Below are positions 29,865-41,857 of a stretch of DNA of 64,000 nucleotides, piece after piece. The stretch covers positions 1,056,001 to 1,120,000 of the forward strand of contig CAWHIJ010000003.1 of assembly GCA_963829525.1 (NCBI GenBank), in the 5' to 3' direction. A program made the translations under genes and the position numbers. The notes below the pieces were generated by a model that searched no databases, was not told the origin of the DNA, and saw nothing but the letters and a program-made list of their open reading frames with translations. Each line of letters opens with the position of its first letter. The first letter of the stretch is position 1. Source of the DNA: an uncultured Actinomycetota bacterium. GTDB taxonomy: Bacteria; Actinomycetota; Actinomycetes; JAHEKZ01.

Positions 29865-30547
29865 GTGAGCATTGAAAGCCGACGTGTCCTGTTCGTCTAC
29901 TTCTCGTACACCCAGCAGACTCGTCGTGTCGTAGACGCGATGGCCACGGTGCTCACGGCCCGGGACTACGAAGTGACCAAGGCGGCGCTTGAGTTCTCTG
30001 ACCCGCACTACGGGAAGCGCTTCTGCCAAGTTGCCGATGAGCTGGCCGATCGCCAAGATCGTTCGGGATGCTGCCGGCGCAGGTGCGACGGAAGACCGGC
30101 AACGGTCGGGATCCCGGCCGAAGCAGCCAGTGGCGACTATGACCTGGTGGTGATCGGGTCGCCGACGTGGTGGCTGACGACCTGCATGCCGGTCAGGTCC
30201 TACCTGCACGACCCCGCCGCTGCGAACGTCCTGAACGGCAGGCCCTTCGCCGTCTTCACCACCTCGCGTCGCTACTTACAAGAACAACATCAAGACGATG
30301 CGTGAGCTCGGCGAGAAGCACGGCGGGCGGTTCGTCGGTGACACGCCACTTCGTCTCGGACGGCAACCAGGTGATGTCGATGTGGTCGTGGCTCGTGTTC
30401 ATGCGGCACAACGTCGAGAAGCGCCGCTCGTATGGGGTGCCGCTGCCGAAACCAAACCTCTCAGAGGGCTTCGGCCGTGAGGCAGTCGATTTCATCACCC
30501 GGGTGTCCGCTGAGGCCCTGGCACAGTCGACGCCCGAGGCGAACTGA
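29865..30547 (+). CDS. Flavodoxin-like protein, frameshifted
   Basis: VLFVYFSYTQQT; YDLVVIGSPTWW. Confidence 0.7.
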
Positions 30548-30606
30548 TCGGAACGGGTCGCTCCGACGCGCCGTAGGCTGCGACTCGACATCGATGGAGG
30601 CTACGC

Positions 30607-31480
30607 ATGGCCAAGGCCAGAGCCAACCGCGGGGCCGTCGTCGTCACGGGAACGTCCACCGGGATCGGCGCAGCGACCGCCGCGCACCTGGCCGAGCTCG
30701 GGTTCACCGTCTTAGCCGGTGTGCGGACTCTCACCGACGACGAACCCCCCGGCGAGGCCAGCCAAGGCGTGACGCGCATTCGCCTCGACATCACGGACGA
30801 AGCGTCCGTTGCCACGGCGGTGCGCACGGTGTCTCGAGCCGTCGGTGAGCGGGGCCTGGTCGGCTTGGTGAACAACGCGGGGGTCGTCAAGCCCGCACCG
30901 ATCAGACTTCCAGCCGCTGGCCGACTTCCGAGAACAGCTCGAGGTCAACCTGGTGGGACACGTGTTGGTCATCCAGTCCTTCCTTCCGCTGATCCGGCGC
31001 GGGCACGGTCGCGTTGTCAACGTCGGCTCCATCGGCGGCCGGCTGGTTCTCCCCATCCACGGTGCCTACAGCGTGTCCAAGTTCGGCATGGAAGCGCTGA
31101 CGGATGCCCTACGACTGGAGCTTCGCCAGTGGGACATCCCGGTCAGCCTGGTCGACCCCGGGGCCACCGACACGGCCATCTTCGGAAAGACCCTGGCAGA
31201 GTTCGATCGTCTCGAGACGACGATCAGTGCCGACGGTTACCGTTTGTACGCTGAACAGATCGCGGCGCTGAGAGAGACCGTGGTGAAGACCTCCGAAAAC
31301 ACCGATCCGGCCCAGGTGCTGGCGAAGACAGTTGGTCGCGCGATGACATCGGACCGTCCGAGGACGCGCTATCTGGCCGGAAAGGGCGCCCGCAAGGCGG
31401 CGATCCTGGCAAGAATCGTCTCTGACCACGCCAAGGATCTTGCGATCGCGAAAGACGTCGGGCTCCCGAAACCGGAGTAG
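30607..31480 (+). CDS. SDR family oxidoreductase, frameshift near 30900
   Basis: VTGTSTGIG, LVNNAG, YSVSKFG. Confidence 0.88.
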
Positions 31481-31551
31481 CTCGGTTCCGGGTGCGGCTG
31501 ACGTCCGGCGTCGAACCAATCATGGCCCGCACGGCACTCAGGAACTGACCG

Positions 31552-32966
31552 TCAGAGTCCTGTCTCTGCCTGGGCGCGACCGGTCTTCACAGCTTCCTTG
31601 AGCGCCGCGTAGTCATGCTCGTTCTGGTCGGCGTAGAGCTCAGCGAAGTCGGCGATGGCCTCGTCGAACTTGGTGGAGCCGCCCAGGTACGACGCTATGG
31701 CGAGGCGATCACCGGAGCGCGCATGGGCTCGGGCCAGCGTCCACGCGCAGAGTGCTGAGCGTAGAGATCCATGCCCTTGGGGATCATCCTTTCGATCGGG
31801 AAGGAGAACTTCCAGTCCCGCAACTGTAGGGTATCGAAATCCCGGTCGATTCCATCGGCACCGGTGACTCGATCCCAACCCAGAAAGATGTCACTCGTTG
31901 CTTGCATCAAGTGCTGACCGGCGACCACGCGTTGACCTTCATTGCCATACTTCGTGTCTCCGCAGAAACTTGATAGGACTGAGGGTTGGGCTTCCTTGCC
32001 CTGAAGCAACAGTGGTTCGAGCCTGTCGCCAGCTGTTGGCGGGACGCCCAGGCCCGGGTGCCCACGCTGCCGACTCCGACCACCTTTCGGGCGACCTGCT
32101 TGAGCTCAAACTGCTCAAGGAGATGGCGGCGATCCGTCTGGAGTGTTCTCCTGTAGCGCCGCAGAACATCGTGGAGTCGTTGGCCCAACGCGTCAGCGTC
32201 GACACCGGAGAATACTTGCTCGATGGGAACGATCACCGGAGGTTGACTGATGAATCGAGGTTCGCCATCCACCTCCTCTGTCAGCTTTCGTAGGGCCTGG
32301 CTGCTGTCACGAGTGTGCGCCTTCGCCAGCGCCTTCTCTGCCTCTTTGTAGCTCGCCTTGTTCAATCTCGACTTGATGTCCTTGAGCCGGTCCTCTACGT
32401 CGAGATGGGCGTACCACACCGTCATCACTGATTGTCGCGCAAAGGAACGCATGGCCTCGCGATACTCGGCGACCCCAGCAAGGACGGGAACTTCGCGCTT
32501 ACCCTTGCCAGTGAACCCGTTGTCCTCGGCCGGCAACGGTAATGCTCGTAGCCAATCGCTTGACGTCCCATTCGAAGGGGCCAGGGAGCGTCTCGTCGAA
32601 ATCGTTGACGTCGAAAACCAGGCGCCGCTCCGGTGACGCGAGCGTCCGAATTGGCCAGGTGTGCGTCGCCGCAGAGCTGGACATAGAGGCCCGACGAAGG
32701 GTGTCGCAAGGTCTGCGGCCATTGGCAGCGCCGCGCCACGGTAGAACGTGAAGGGTGAAACCAGCATCCGGCCTCCAGATCGGTACCAGTTCCGGGCCTC
32801 GGGACTGTGCCTGGCCAAGGAGGAGGCCGACCGGGTCTCGTTCATCGTCGGGTTCGAACGAACGGTGACTGTTGAGCGGTGCGCGTTGACGGGCTGCCTT
32901 CCCCTCGGCTGCGCGCTCCTGACTTGAGCGGTCGGTCACGCTTCGCTCAGTGTTTGTCGCGCTCAT
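31552..32966 (-). CDS. DUF2252 domain protein, several frameshifts
   Basis: SPFTFYRGAA, LCGDAHLAN, FDVNDFDETLPGPFEWDVKRL, ARKVVGVGSVGTR, LARAHARSGD. Confidence 0.88.
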
Positions 32967-33114
32967 GGTGCGCCTCCTATTACCGACTTACGGGCACCGG
33001 GACCCCAGTCCCGTACTGCGGGTCGATGTAGGGCAGTCATAGCACAGTGAGGCTCGGGTGAATTCACCAGACGAAAAGTTCGAATCGCTCATGGTAGTTA
33101 AGCGATCACAGGAC

Positions 33115-33139
33115 GACATCCCCCCGTTAGGGGGATGTC
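33115..33139. promoter_or_regulatory. Palindromic operator in the divergent DUF2252/DUF6325 promoter region
   Basis: GACATCCCCC-CGTTA-GGGGGATGTC, a perfect 10-bp inverted repeat; variant of TCACCC-N5-GGGTGA. Confidence 0.6.
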
Positions 33140-33250
33140 TACCGCCGTTCTCTAGCGGGAGAGTGTGAGGTCGCCGCCTCGGAAAAGTGAGGACTGGGTC
33201 TCGATGGCTTTGAACGCAGGTTGTCTGGACTGGAGAATAGAGAGGTCACT

Positions 33251-33697
33251 ATGACCAACGAAGTAGATGAGCTGGGTCCAGTCGACTGGATCGTTGTTGA
33301 GTTCCCGGAAGCAAGTTCAATGGCGAGATCGCGACGGCGCTGGTTGACCTGGTCGATCGCGGCATCATCCGCGTCTAGACCTCGTCCTGCTCCGCAAGGA
33401 TGCCCACGGGACCATCGAGGGATTCGAGCTCAGTGATCTCGATGACAGTGAGATCGGGCAGCTTCGATCTTACGAGGCGGAGCTCGCCTTCTCCTCAGTG
33501 AGGACGATGTTGAGGCGATCGCGCAAGCCGTGGACCCCGGCACTGCCGCTGCGGTACTCGTCTCGAGAACACCTGGGCGGCGCCATTCGCGTCAGCCGTC
33601 CGCGATCCGGCGGGTGTTGTTAGCGAGTGGTCGGATTCCCGTGCAAGCCCTGTTGGCCGCGATCGAGGCGGACGCCGAAGAGAACGAGGAGAACTAA
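33251..33697 (+). CDS. DUF6325-like protein, frameshifted
   Basis: ELGPVDWIVVEFP; ENTWAAPFASAVR; SGRIP. Confidence 0.75.
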
Positions 33698-33698
33698 C

Positions 33699-33845
33699 AT
33701 GCCGCTCGCTAGGAGAAGGACACGTCGAACTGGGTTGTGGGACCCGCTCCGGTGGCTCGCACGACGACCACCGTAACGACTCTGCTGTGTGGCGCACGGA
33801 GTCAACCGTCGTTCTGACCGGCGGGATGATCGGCGCTGAGCGATC
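33699..33845 (+). CDS. Small Arg-rich hypothetical protein, frameshifted
   Basis: ATG after GAGGAG; pieces GPAPVART..AVAHGVNRRSDRRDDRR. Confidence 0.35.
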
Positions 33846-33883
33846 GCTCACCGTAGGGGGACTACGAGAGAGAGCAGGAAGTC

Positions 33884-34266
33884 ATGTCGCGAGAAGTGAG
33901 TGAGAGAGGTACCGGTGGCGCTCGTGGCAGCGCTCTACATGATCATCGCGGGTTCCTTTGGTTTCCTCCAGGGCATCGCCCTGATCGCCAAGGGAACCTT
34001 CTATGTGCAGCCCCAGAACACTGGGTCAACACCAGCGCATCCACTTGGGGTTGGTGGCTGCTGATCGTCGGACTGATCGTTATTGCCGCCGGCTTCGGGG
34101 TTCTCTCGGGCGCAGCCTGGGCGCGTTGGCTCGGCATCACTTCGTAAGCATCAGGCGCTGACCAACTTTGTGTTCATCCCGGTGCAGCCGTTCTGGGCGA
34201 TCACGTTGATCGCCTTGGAGTTGGGTGATTCACTGACTCTTCGTCCACCGGCGTATCGCAGAATGA
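33884..34266 (+). CDS. DUF7144-like 4-TM membrane protein, frameshifted
   Basis: TWGWWLLIVG, WARWLGI, NFVFIPVQPFWA. Confidence 0.7.
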
Positions 34267-34403
34267 ACCATGCACTGCTTGCGGCAGCAGACAAGTGTCG
34301 CTGCCGGAAGCAATAACCATCGTGTCGGTAGCCCCGCGTGTCCCTGGTGCGGCGGGACGCAGCGTGCATGGCTAGGGGCTCATCAGCCGATCGAGGAGCG
34401 GAC

Positions 34404-36807
34404 ATGAACGGACCAGATCGAAGCAAGCTCCCGATCCGTCGCCCCGCCTTCAGCGGCGACCGCCCGGACGTTGGATGGGTGCGAGCCGGACTGGGCGCAG
34501 ATCGGTCACGTTCACCCGCCGGATGGCGCGCCGAACGTCCTGGTCGTGCTGATCGACGACGCCGGGTTCGGCAACCCGAGCACGTTCGGCGGCCCGATCG
34601 AGACGCCGAACTACACGCGGATCGCGGAGGGGGGGCTGCGGTACAACCGCTTCCACGTGACGGCGCTGTGCTCGCCGACGCGGGCGGCGCTGCTGACCGG
34701 GCGCAACAGCCACGCCGTCGGCTTCGGGTCGGTCGGCGAGTTCTCGACCGGGTTCCCCGGCTACACGGCGTTCGTGCCGCGACGACTGCGCCCCGTTCCC
34801 GAGGATCCTGCGCGACAACGGCTACAGCACCGCGGCGTTCGGCAAGTGGCACCTGACGCCGGACGGTCAGCAGGGCCCGTCCGGCCCGTTCAACCGCTGG
34901 CCCGTCGGCTGGGGCTTCGACTACTTCTACGGGTTCCTCGGCGGCGGCTCGGGCCAGTGGGATCCGTGCCTGACGGAGAACCAGAAGATCATCGGGACGC
35001 CCGACGAGTTCTACGACGGGGAGGACCCGTACTACCTGCCTGACGACATGGCGGACAAGACGATCGAGTGGCTGCACGCGTCCGGGCGCAGGACGCCGAC
35101 AAGCCGTTCTTCGCCTACTTCTCGACCGGCTGCAGCCACGCGCCGCACCACGTCGCCGAGGAGTGGGCGGCGAAGTACAAGGGCAAGTTCGACCAGGGCT
35201 GGGACAAGCTGCGCGAGGAGGACGTTCGCGCGGCAGAAGGCGCTCGGCGTGATCCCGGCCGACGCCGAGCTGACCGAGCGCGACGACGCGTTCCCCGCGT
35301 GGGACGACGTCCCGGACAAGCTCAAGGCGTACTACGCGCGGCAGATGGAGGTCTACGCCGGCTACTCCGAGAACGCCGACCACAACGTCGGCCGCGTGAT
35401 CGACGCGATCGACGAGCTCGGCGAGCTGGACAACACGCTCGTGATCTGGATCTGGGGTGACAACGGCGCCAGCATGGAGGGCACGATCACCGGCTCGTTC
35501 AACGAGCTGACGATGCAGAACGGCATCCCGCTGACCGACGAGATGCAGCTGCAGCTCGCCGAGCGCTACGGCGGCGTCGAGGCGTGGGGCAACCAGATGA
35601 TGGCCCCGCACTACTCGGCCGCGTGGGCGTGGGCGGGCAACACGCCGTTCAAGTGGGGCAAGCAGGTCGGCTCGCACCTCGGCGGCACCCGCAACCCGAT
35701 GGTCGTCCACTGGCCCGAGCGGATCAGCGAGGACGGCGCGCTGCGGGCGCACTTCACCCACGTGACCGACATCGGCCCGACGATCCTCGACATCGCCGGC
35801 ATCCCGATGCCGACGCACGTCGACGGGATCGAGCAGGAGCCGATGCACGGCGTGACGTTCGCCGACTCGCTGACCGACGCGCGGCGCCCGAGCGCCACAC
35901 CCAGCAGTACTTCGAGACGATCGGCAACCGCGCGATGTACAAGGACGGCTGGTGGCTGGCGATGCGGACCGAGCGGATCCCGTGGGTCCTCACGCCGGAC
36001 GCGCTGAAGCCCTATGCCCCGGCGTGTGGGACCCGGACGAGGACCCGGTCGAGCTGTACTACCTGCCCGACGACTTCACGCAGGCCCACGACCTGGCCGC
36101 CGAGCATCCCGAGAAGGTGCAGGAGCTCAAGGACCTGTTCTGGGCAGGAGGCCGAGAAGTACAAGGTGCTGCCGCTGCTGGCGCCGCTCGCCGGCGTTCT
36201 TCGGCATGTGCCGCCGCTGCCCGCGGGACGAAGCACGAGTTCCGCGGCGACGTGCAGAACGTCCTCTCGGGGATGATCCCGCGGATCTACAACCACTCGT
36301 ACTCGATCAGCGCCGACCTCGTGATCCCAGCGGGCGGCGCCGAGGGCGTGATCGTCGCCGAGGCCGACCACCTGGGCGGGTTCTCGCTGTTCGTCGACGA
36401 CGGCAAGCTGACCCACACGTACTCGATGATGGGCGTGTTCGTCTTCCGCCAGCAGGGCCGAGGAGCCACTGCCCGAGGGCGAGGTGAACGTGCGGATGGA
36501 GTTCGCCGCCGACGCCGCCAAGCCGGCCACCGGCGGCGAGGTCACGCTGTTCATCGACGACGAGCCCGTCGGCAGCGGCCGGATGGACCACACCGTCCCG
36601 ATCCGGTTCTCCGGCTACGCCGGCATGGACATCGGCCGCGACAACGGCGGCGTCGTCGACTGAGCTACGAGGACCGCAAGCCGTTCGCGTTCACCGGCAC
36701 GATCAAGAAGGTCGTGTTCGACGTCGAGCCGCACCTCGCTCGGACGACGAGCACGAGCTCCACACCGCCGTCCACACGGGGCACACCGCCCACGCACTCT
36801 CCGCTGA
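34404..36807 (+). CDS. Arylsulfatase (formylglycine type), many frameshifts
   Basis: [53 protein letters not shown]. Confidence 0.88.
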
Positions 36808-36832
36808 CGGCTCAGCACAGGAAGGTCACACG

Positions 36833-37348
36833 ATGACGCTCGACGACGAGACGACCGACGTCCTGATCGGCGGCTACCTGTCGAAGGACGCCGCCGAGGA
36901 GGACTACAACGCCGTGCTCGGCTGCGGCGGCGCCTGCACGGCGCGGTCGTCGTCAGCAAGGACCTCGAAGGCAACCTCGACGGTCGAGCAGACCGACCAC
37001 ATGGTCGCCGAGGGCGCCGCGGGCCTCGGCGCGGTCGGCTTCGCCGTCGGCCTGTTCGCGCCGCCGCTGCTCGCCGCGACCGCGGTCGGCGCCGTGATCG
37101 GCGCCGGAGCCGGCAAGCTGCTGCACCACAAGACGACCGAGAAGCTCGGAGAGCAGGCCGGCGAGACGATCCCGATCGGCGGCGCCGGGCTGATCGTGGC
37201 CTACCCGCGCTCAGCGCCGACAGCGTCGAGCCCGCCGTTACCCGCGCGGTCAGAAGGCCGGTCGGCGAGGCCGAAGGGCACCACGTCAAGGCCCTCAAGG
37301 GCGCGATCGCGGACGCCCAGACAGAAGATGGCCCAGCAGCCGGGATGA
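36833..37348 (+). CDS. DUF1269-like membrane protein, frameshifted
   Basis: GFAVGLFAPPLLAATAVGAVIGAGAGK glycine-zipper region. Confidence 0.65.
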   Translation: MTLDDETTDVLIGGYLSKDAAEEDYNAVLGCGGACTARSSSARTSKATSTVEQTDHMVAEGAAGLGAVGFAVGLFAPPLLAATAVGAVIGAGAGKLLHHKTTEKLGEQAGETIPIGGAGLIVAYPRSAPTASSPPLPARSEGRSARPKGTTSRPSRARSRTPRQKMAQQPG

Positions 37349-37468
37349 AGCGCTACACCGGTGCGAGTGGGATGGGTGACACACACGACCGGGCCGGCGA
37401 GGTCACGTCGAAGCCGGCTCGCTGCCAGGTGTGGCGAGCCCAGGCAGTCCTTACAAGACTCCCGATGG

Positions 37469-37934
37469 TCAGCAGCCTTTCTTGCACCAGTGAACGCGGA
37501 AGTTGTTGATACCACCGATGAAGGGGGCAATGCCCGTGTCCTGCCTTCGCTTAGTCATGATGTCCAGGCGGTACCTAGTGCTTGTGTGGACTTTAGCCCT
37601 AGGGTAAGAGCCGCACACATCTACGGCCCCGCGCAGTCGTACGACTCCATCGTGGTTGGAGTCCACTGCCCTGATCGTCTTCAACGAGTACCAAGCATTC
37701 ACATGCCGATGATGGAGTGGTGTGATGGTCTGGCGTACCACTGCAAGTCCGCGACCAGGGGTCACTCGGACCCTTAGATGCCAGTGGGGCGATTCGCACC
37801 CTTGATATTTACGCGCTGATTGGCGAACGTGAGACGAACTGGTCCGGACGTGGTGGTGTCCGCTGATACTGGTACGGCCACTGTGAGAATGCCCCCAATA
37901 GCAACATCGATAACAGGATCGCAATCTTCCGCAT
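37469..37934 (-). CDS. Hypothetical secreted protein, lower GC, frameshifted
   Basis: Signal-like MRKIAILLSMLLLGAFS joins the ORF ending at 37469. Confidence 0.35.
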
Positions 37935-38093
37935 GATTTCTCCAACGCGTTGAGCCGTAGCACAGGAGGTCAGGCTAACCCCGCTCGCAGGGACAGGGAC
38001 GTCCAATTAGAGGATCGGGCGGATCTGAGTCTGGGGGCCCCACCGTCGTGCAGCAGTCCCCACCTAGCAGATCCTTCAGATACGGTTTGGCGC

Positions 38094-39457
38094 ATGTCAG
38101 AGTCCTTTGAGATTCCCCGCGTTATGACCGACCTACCGGGGCCTCGTAGTCGTGAGCTCATCGATCGCAAGGACCGGGTACTGAACGGAGCGCTGCGCGA
38201 CTGGTCCGGTGTCCCGTTCATCGAAGGCAAACGGCACGAGTACCTCATCGAGGACGTCGATGGGAACACTTTCGCCGACCACGTCAGCGCGTGGGGTGCG
38301 GCGCCTTATGGCGCGCACCGTCGCAGGTTCGAGAGGCGATGAACACGGCGTGGGATCGCTACGGCATGGAGATAACCAACTACGTCCAAACTGAACCGGT
38401 GATTGAGCTAGCCGAACGCCTCATCTCCTTGGCGCCAGGGCAGATCGCTCGAGTCGCCCCAACGGTCACTGGTACGGAGGCAGTCGAGGGAGCTATCAAG
38501 CTCGCCGCGAGGCCACGGGTCGACCGATGATCCTGAGCTTTCGGGGCAGTATCACGGTGAGTCGACCTACTTGGCGGCGGCGAACTCCACAGACACCTCG
38601 GTGCCCACCACCGGCAACGCGGAGTACGTGCCGGGCTTCGTCTTCGCGCCCTACCCAATCGCTTCCGTGCACCCTTCCACCGGGGTGCCGGGCCCTTCGA
38701 CGACACGCTCTACCTCGACTTCATCGAGAACTGGCTGCTGAGACTGCAGGTCGAACCGGCCCAGATAGCTGGCGTGCTGATCGAGCCCGTTGCCGGTGAG
38801 GCGGGGATTCTCGCGCCGTCGGCGGAGTTCTGGAAAGGGCTCACAGCACTTTGTAAGAAGCACGGTTGGCTGCTCATCCTCGACGAGGTGCAGACGTGCC
38901 TCGGCCGCTGTGGCACGGTTTTCGCCGCAGACCTGTGGGGGCTCGAGCCGGACATCCTGCTGCTGGGGAAAGGGCTGACCGCTGGTGGCCAGGCGATCGC
39001 GGCGATCATGGCGACTGACGAAGTGCTCGCCGACGCGCACACCCACCTTGGTGGCACTTATGCCTGGGAGCCAGCTGCTTGTGCGGCCGCACTTGCCGGT
39101 CTTGACCTGCTCGCCAGCGGCGGTGTCCTGGACAACGTCAAGGCGCTCGACGCGGTGGCCAGGGAGGAGTTGATTCCGCTGATCGAGCGCATGGAGCAGG
39201 TCGGCGACGTACGGCCGCTTGGGGCTTGGGTGACCGTCGAGTTCGTCACCGACAAGCAGTCGATTCACCCCGCTTCGGCGTCCAAGACTTCGGTTCACCA
39301 AGCCGCCACGCGACGCGGTGTGCTCGCAATCAGTGAAGACAACAAGCCGCTCTACCGCATGCAGCCGGCGCTGACCATGCCACCTGAGCTGTTTCGCTGG
39401 TCGTGTCGCCAACTCGCCGAAGCGATCGCGGATGTGGCTGCGGAGCCGCAGGGTTAG
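38094..39457 (+). CDS. Class-III PLP aminotransferase (GabT-like), frameshifted
   Basis: LPGPRS, DVDGN, TGTEAVEGAIKLA, IEPVAGE, LILDEVQT.LGR.G, PDILLLGKGL. Confidence 0.88.
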
Positions 39458-39539
39458 ACCAGGGCGATTCACGGATCAAGTCGCCGGGTAGCGCGGGTGG
39501 TTGGACGTTGAGAAGCACCTGCTCGACGCGTATGGCCTG

Positions 39540-40563
39540 TCATCGGATGGACCGGGTCGGGCTCACTCCTGGCAACACGGTACTGGTGCCGTCGACGAAG
39601 GCGATGAACCATCTCTGCTTGGCCCGCTGGGTGTCCTTCAGTGTGAAGCGCACGACCCCTTTGCGGTTGGTCAGCGGCGAACCCACCGACCGCATCACCC
39701 CGGAACCACGGTTGACTCGGAAGACGACAACCTTCGTATTGCGGACTGCGGTGTCGGTGCGAACGAAGACCTGATCGTTGCCGCGTTCGTAGTTGCGCAG
39801 GATCAACCGGCGGATATTGGCTCGCCCGGCGGTCCGGTGAGATGCGCTGGAGATTGTAGTCCATCTGGATCTGCAACGAGGTCACGCACGGCTCGAAGTA
39901 GATGCCATCGGACGCGCACGGCGTTCTTGTTGTGGCGGACCACTGCGGGTGAGGACAGGCTTACGGTCTTCATGCCCGGACAGATGCAGGCGTCCGCCGG
40001 TCTGGTCGGCATTGTGGACGGCGCCTTGCAGGTACGGCCCCGCCAGCCTCAAACTTGAGGATGGGCCAATTGCCGTCCTGACCTGGACGCCCATTGGACT
40101 GCGCCCCGACGATGGGTCCCGGATAGATCCCCCACTTGAACCCGTTCATCAGGCTCTTCTCTGGGGTCTCGACTCCGAAGTAAGCCGGGAACCCGGGGTA
40201 CCCGCTGGTTGGTGCGTAGTGGAAGTTGTAGTCCTGGCAGGAGCCTTGTGGTGCGTAGCGGGTCATGGTCGACGTGACTGCCAAATCACTGGTGGATGAG
40301 TAGAGGTATGCGTCGAACAGCTGCGATGCCGAGCCTTGACGCGGCCGCAGGGTCACGCTGCCGAACAGGTGACTCTCGTCGTAGTGGCCAGGTGTCATGT
40401 CGCTGTCCGACTCCGACGCACTGACGTCGAACGTCAAAGTCAGGGTGCCGGAGAACTCAGGCGGGAGGCTAGTTTGGCGGACATGCGACGTCGATGGTTC
40501 GGCGAACGATTGCGGCGTTGCCACTGGCAGAGCGGCTACGCACAGGAGTACTACACCGGGCAT
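39540..40563 (-). CDS. Hypothetical secreted protein, frameshifted
   Basis: Signal-like N-terminus; successive minus-strand ORFs 39970-40563 and 39540-39806. Confidence 0.4.
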
Positions 40564-40744
40564 CCCAACACGGGCACTCCGTGGGCAAGCATCGCGACCC
40601 CTCGTTAAGCGACTGTAGAGCGGCGGTCACACGTCGGCTACCGGTTCGACCAAATCTGACCTGCCGTGCGGTGGTTCTCTGATTAGGTGCGGGCAGCGTG
40701 GGCAGGAGAATTGCAGCGTCTGGAACGTCTGGCGCCTAGAGAAG

Positions 40745-41747
40745 TTAACCCCTGGTGGAGGCACAAGACCGCAGAACCGGTGTGACGATCCCGCCGCCGC
40801 TCGACACCATTGCGACCGTTCATGAGCGCGACGAGCAGGTCCACAGCTTCTGTCCCCGCGAGCCGAGGTTGAAGGCTCACCGTCGTCACAGGTGGGTCAG
40901 TGTTCTCGTAGGCGGATCTCACTGATGCAGCCGACCAAGAGGTCACCGGGCACCCGACAGGACTGTTCGCGCGCCGCCGCCAAGATGTTGTGTCCGGAAT
41001 CTGTGTAGATTCCAAACAGCGCGTCTGGGGGACTGTCCGATATCGGCAGTCTGTTGGCTGCAGCCCGCTCTGATTGAACGTAGTCATCAGCCAGCGCGAA
41101 CTTCTCGACACACGGTTCTATCTCGGCCCTCTCACACCAGCCGAGGAGTGCATCGAGCACCTGTTCGGGGTAGGCGTCGTCATGGTCTGGCATCAAATAG
41201 CCGACCCGGTGCGCCAGGCGTCACGAAACCGCTGCATCAGCAGCTCGATGGCGACGGTGTGGTCTGTGTCAACCCAAGAATCGAGTCGGCCGGCTTTCAA
41301 CGGCCGCCCGACACTCACCATCGGGATACCCCGCTGCAGCAGGATCTCGCGGACTGGGTCGTTCTCGCGTGGTTCGCTGTCAATAACACCGTCGAGTGGA
41401 GCCGTCATCCACAACCAGGGCGAGATCAAGCTGGGCATCACCTGCAACAGATACCCGCGATCGTTGGCCGCACCGATGGCGGCCAGTACCAGGTCGGCGT
41501 AATACGGGATTTCGGTATAGGCAACTGCACGTTCGCCGAACGTCGTCATCGTGAGGCCAAGGACCCCACTACCCCCGTGATTGAGCGCTCGCAGGGAGTT
41601 CTCGGTTAGTAACTCAAGCGTCTGGCTGCGGCAATCACACGAAGGCGCGTCGGTTCGGAAAGGCGCCCGTGCCGTTGATGACGTTCGAGACCGTTGCCGT
41701 CGACACCCCTGCCTCTGCAGCGACCTGCCTCAAGGTCGGACGGCCAT
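40745..41747 (-). CDS. LacI family transcriptional regulator, several frameshifts
   Basis: PTLRQVAAEAGVSTATVSNVING; WVDTDH; VPGDLLV; PPVTTV. Confidence 0.85.
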
Positions 41748-41857
41748 CGCTCCGTCGAGGCAAATCTCCTCCCACCCCTTGTGGTTAACGCCTTAATCAC
41801 GCACTGTACGCGGCATCGGCAATGGCACGTGCGGTTGCTGCGCGACGAGGAGGGTCA

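Noticed and set aside
34151-35848. Long antisense ORFs (also 26509-27831, 59221-60585 and others)
   Set aside because: Shadow frames of high-GC genes on the opposite strand, with no recognisable motifs.
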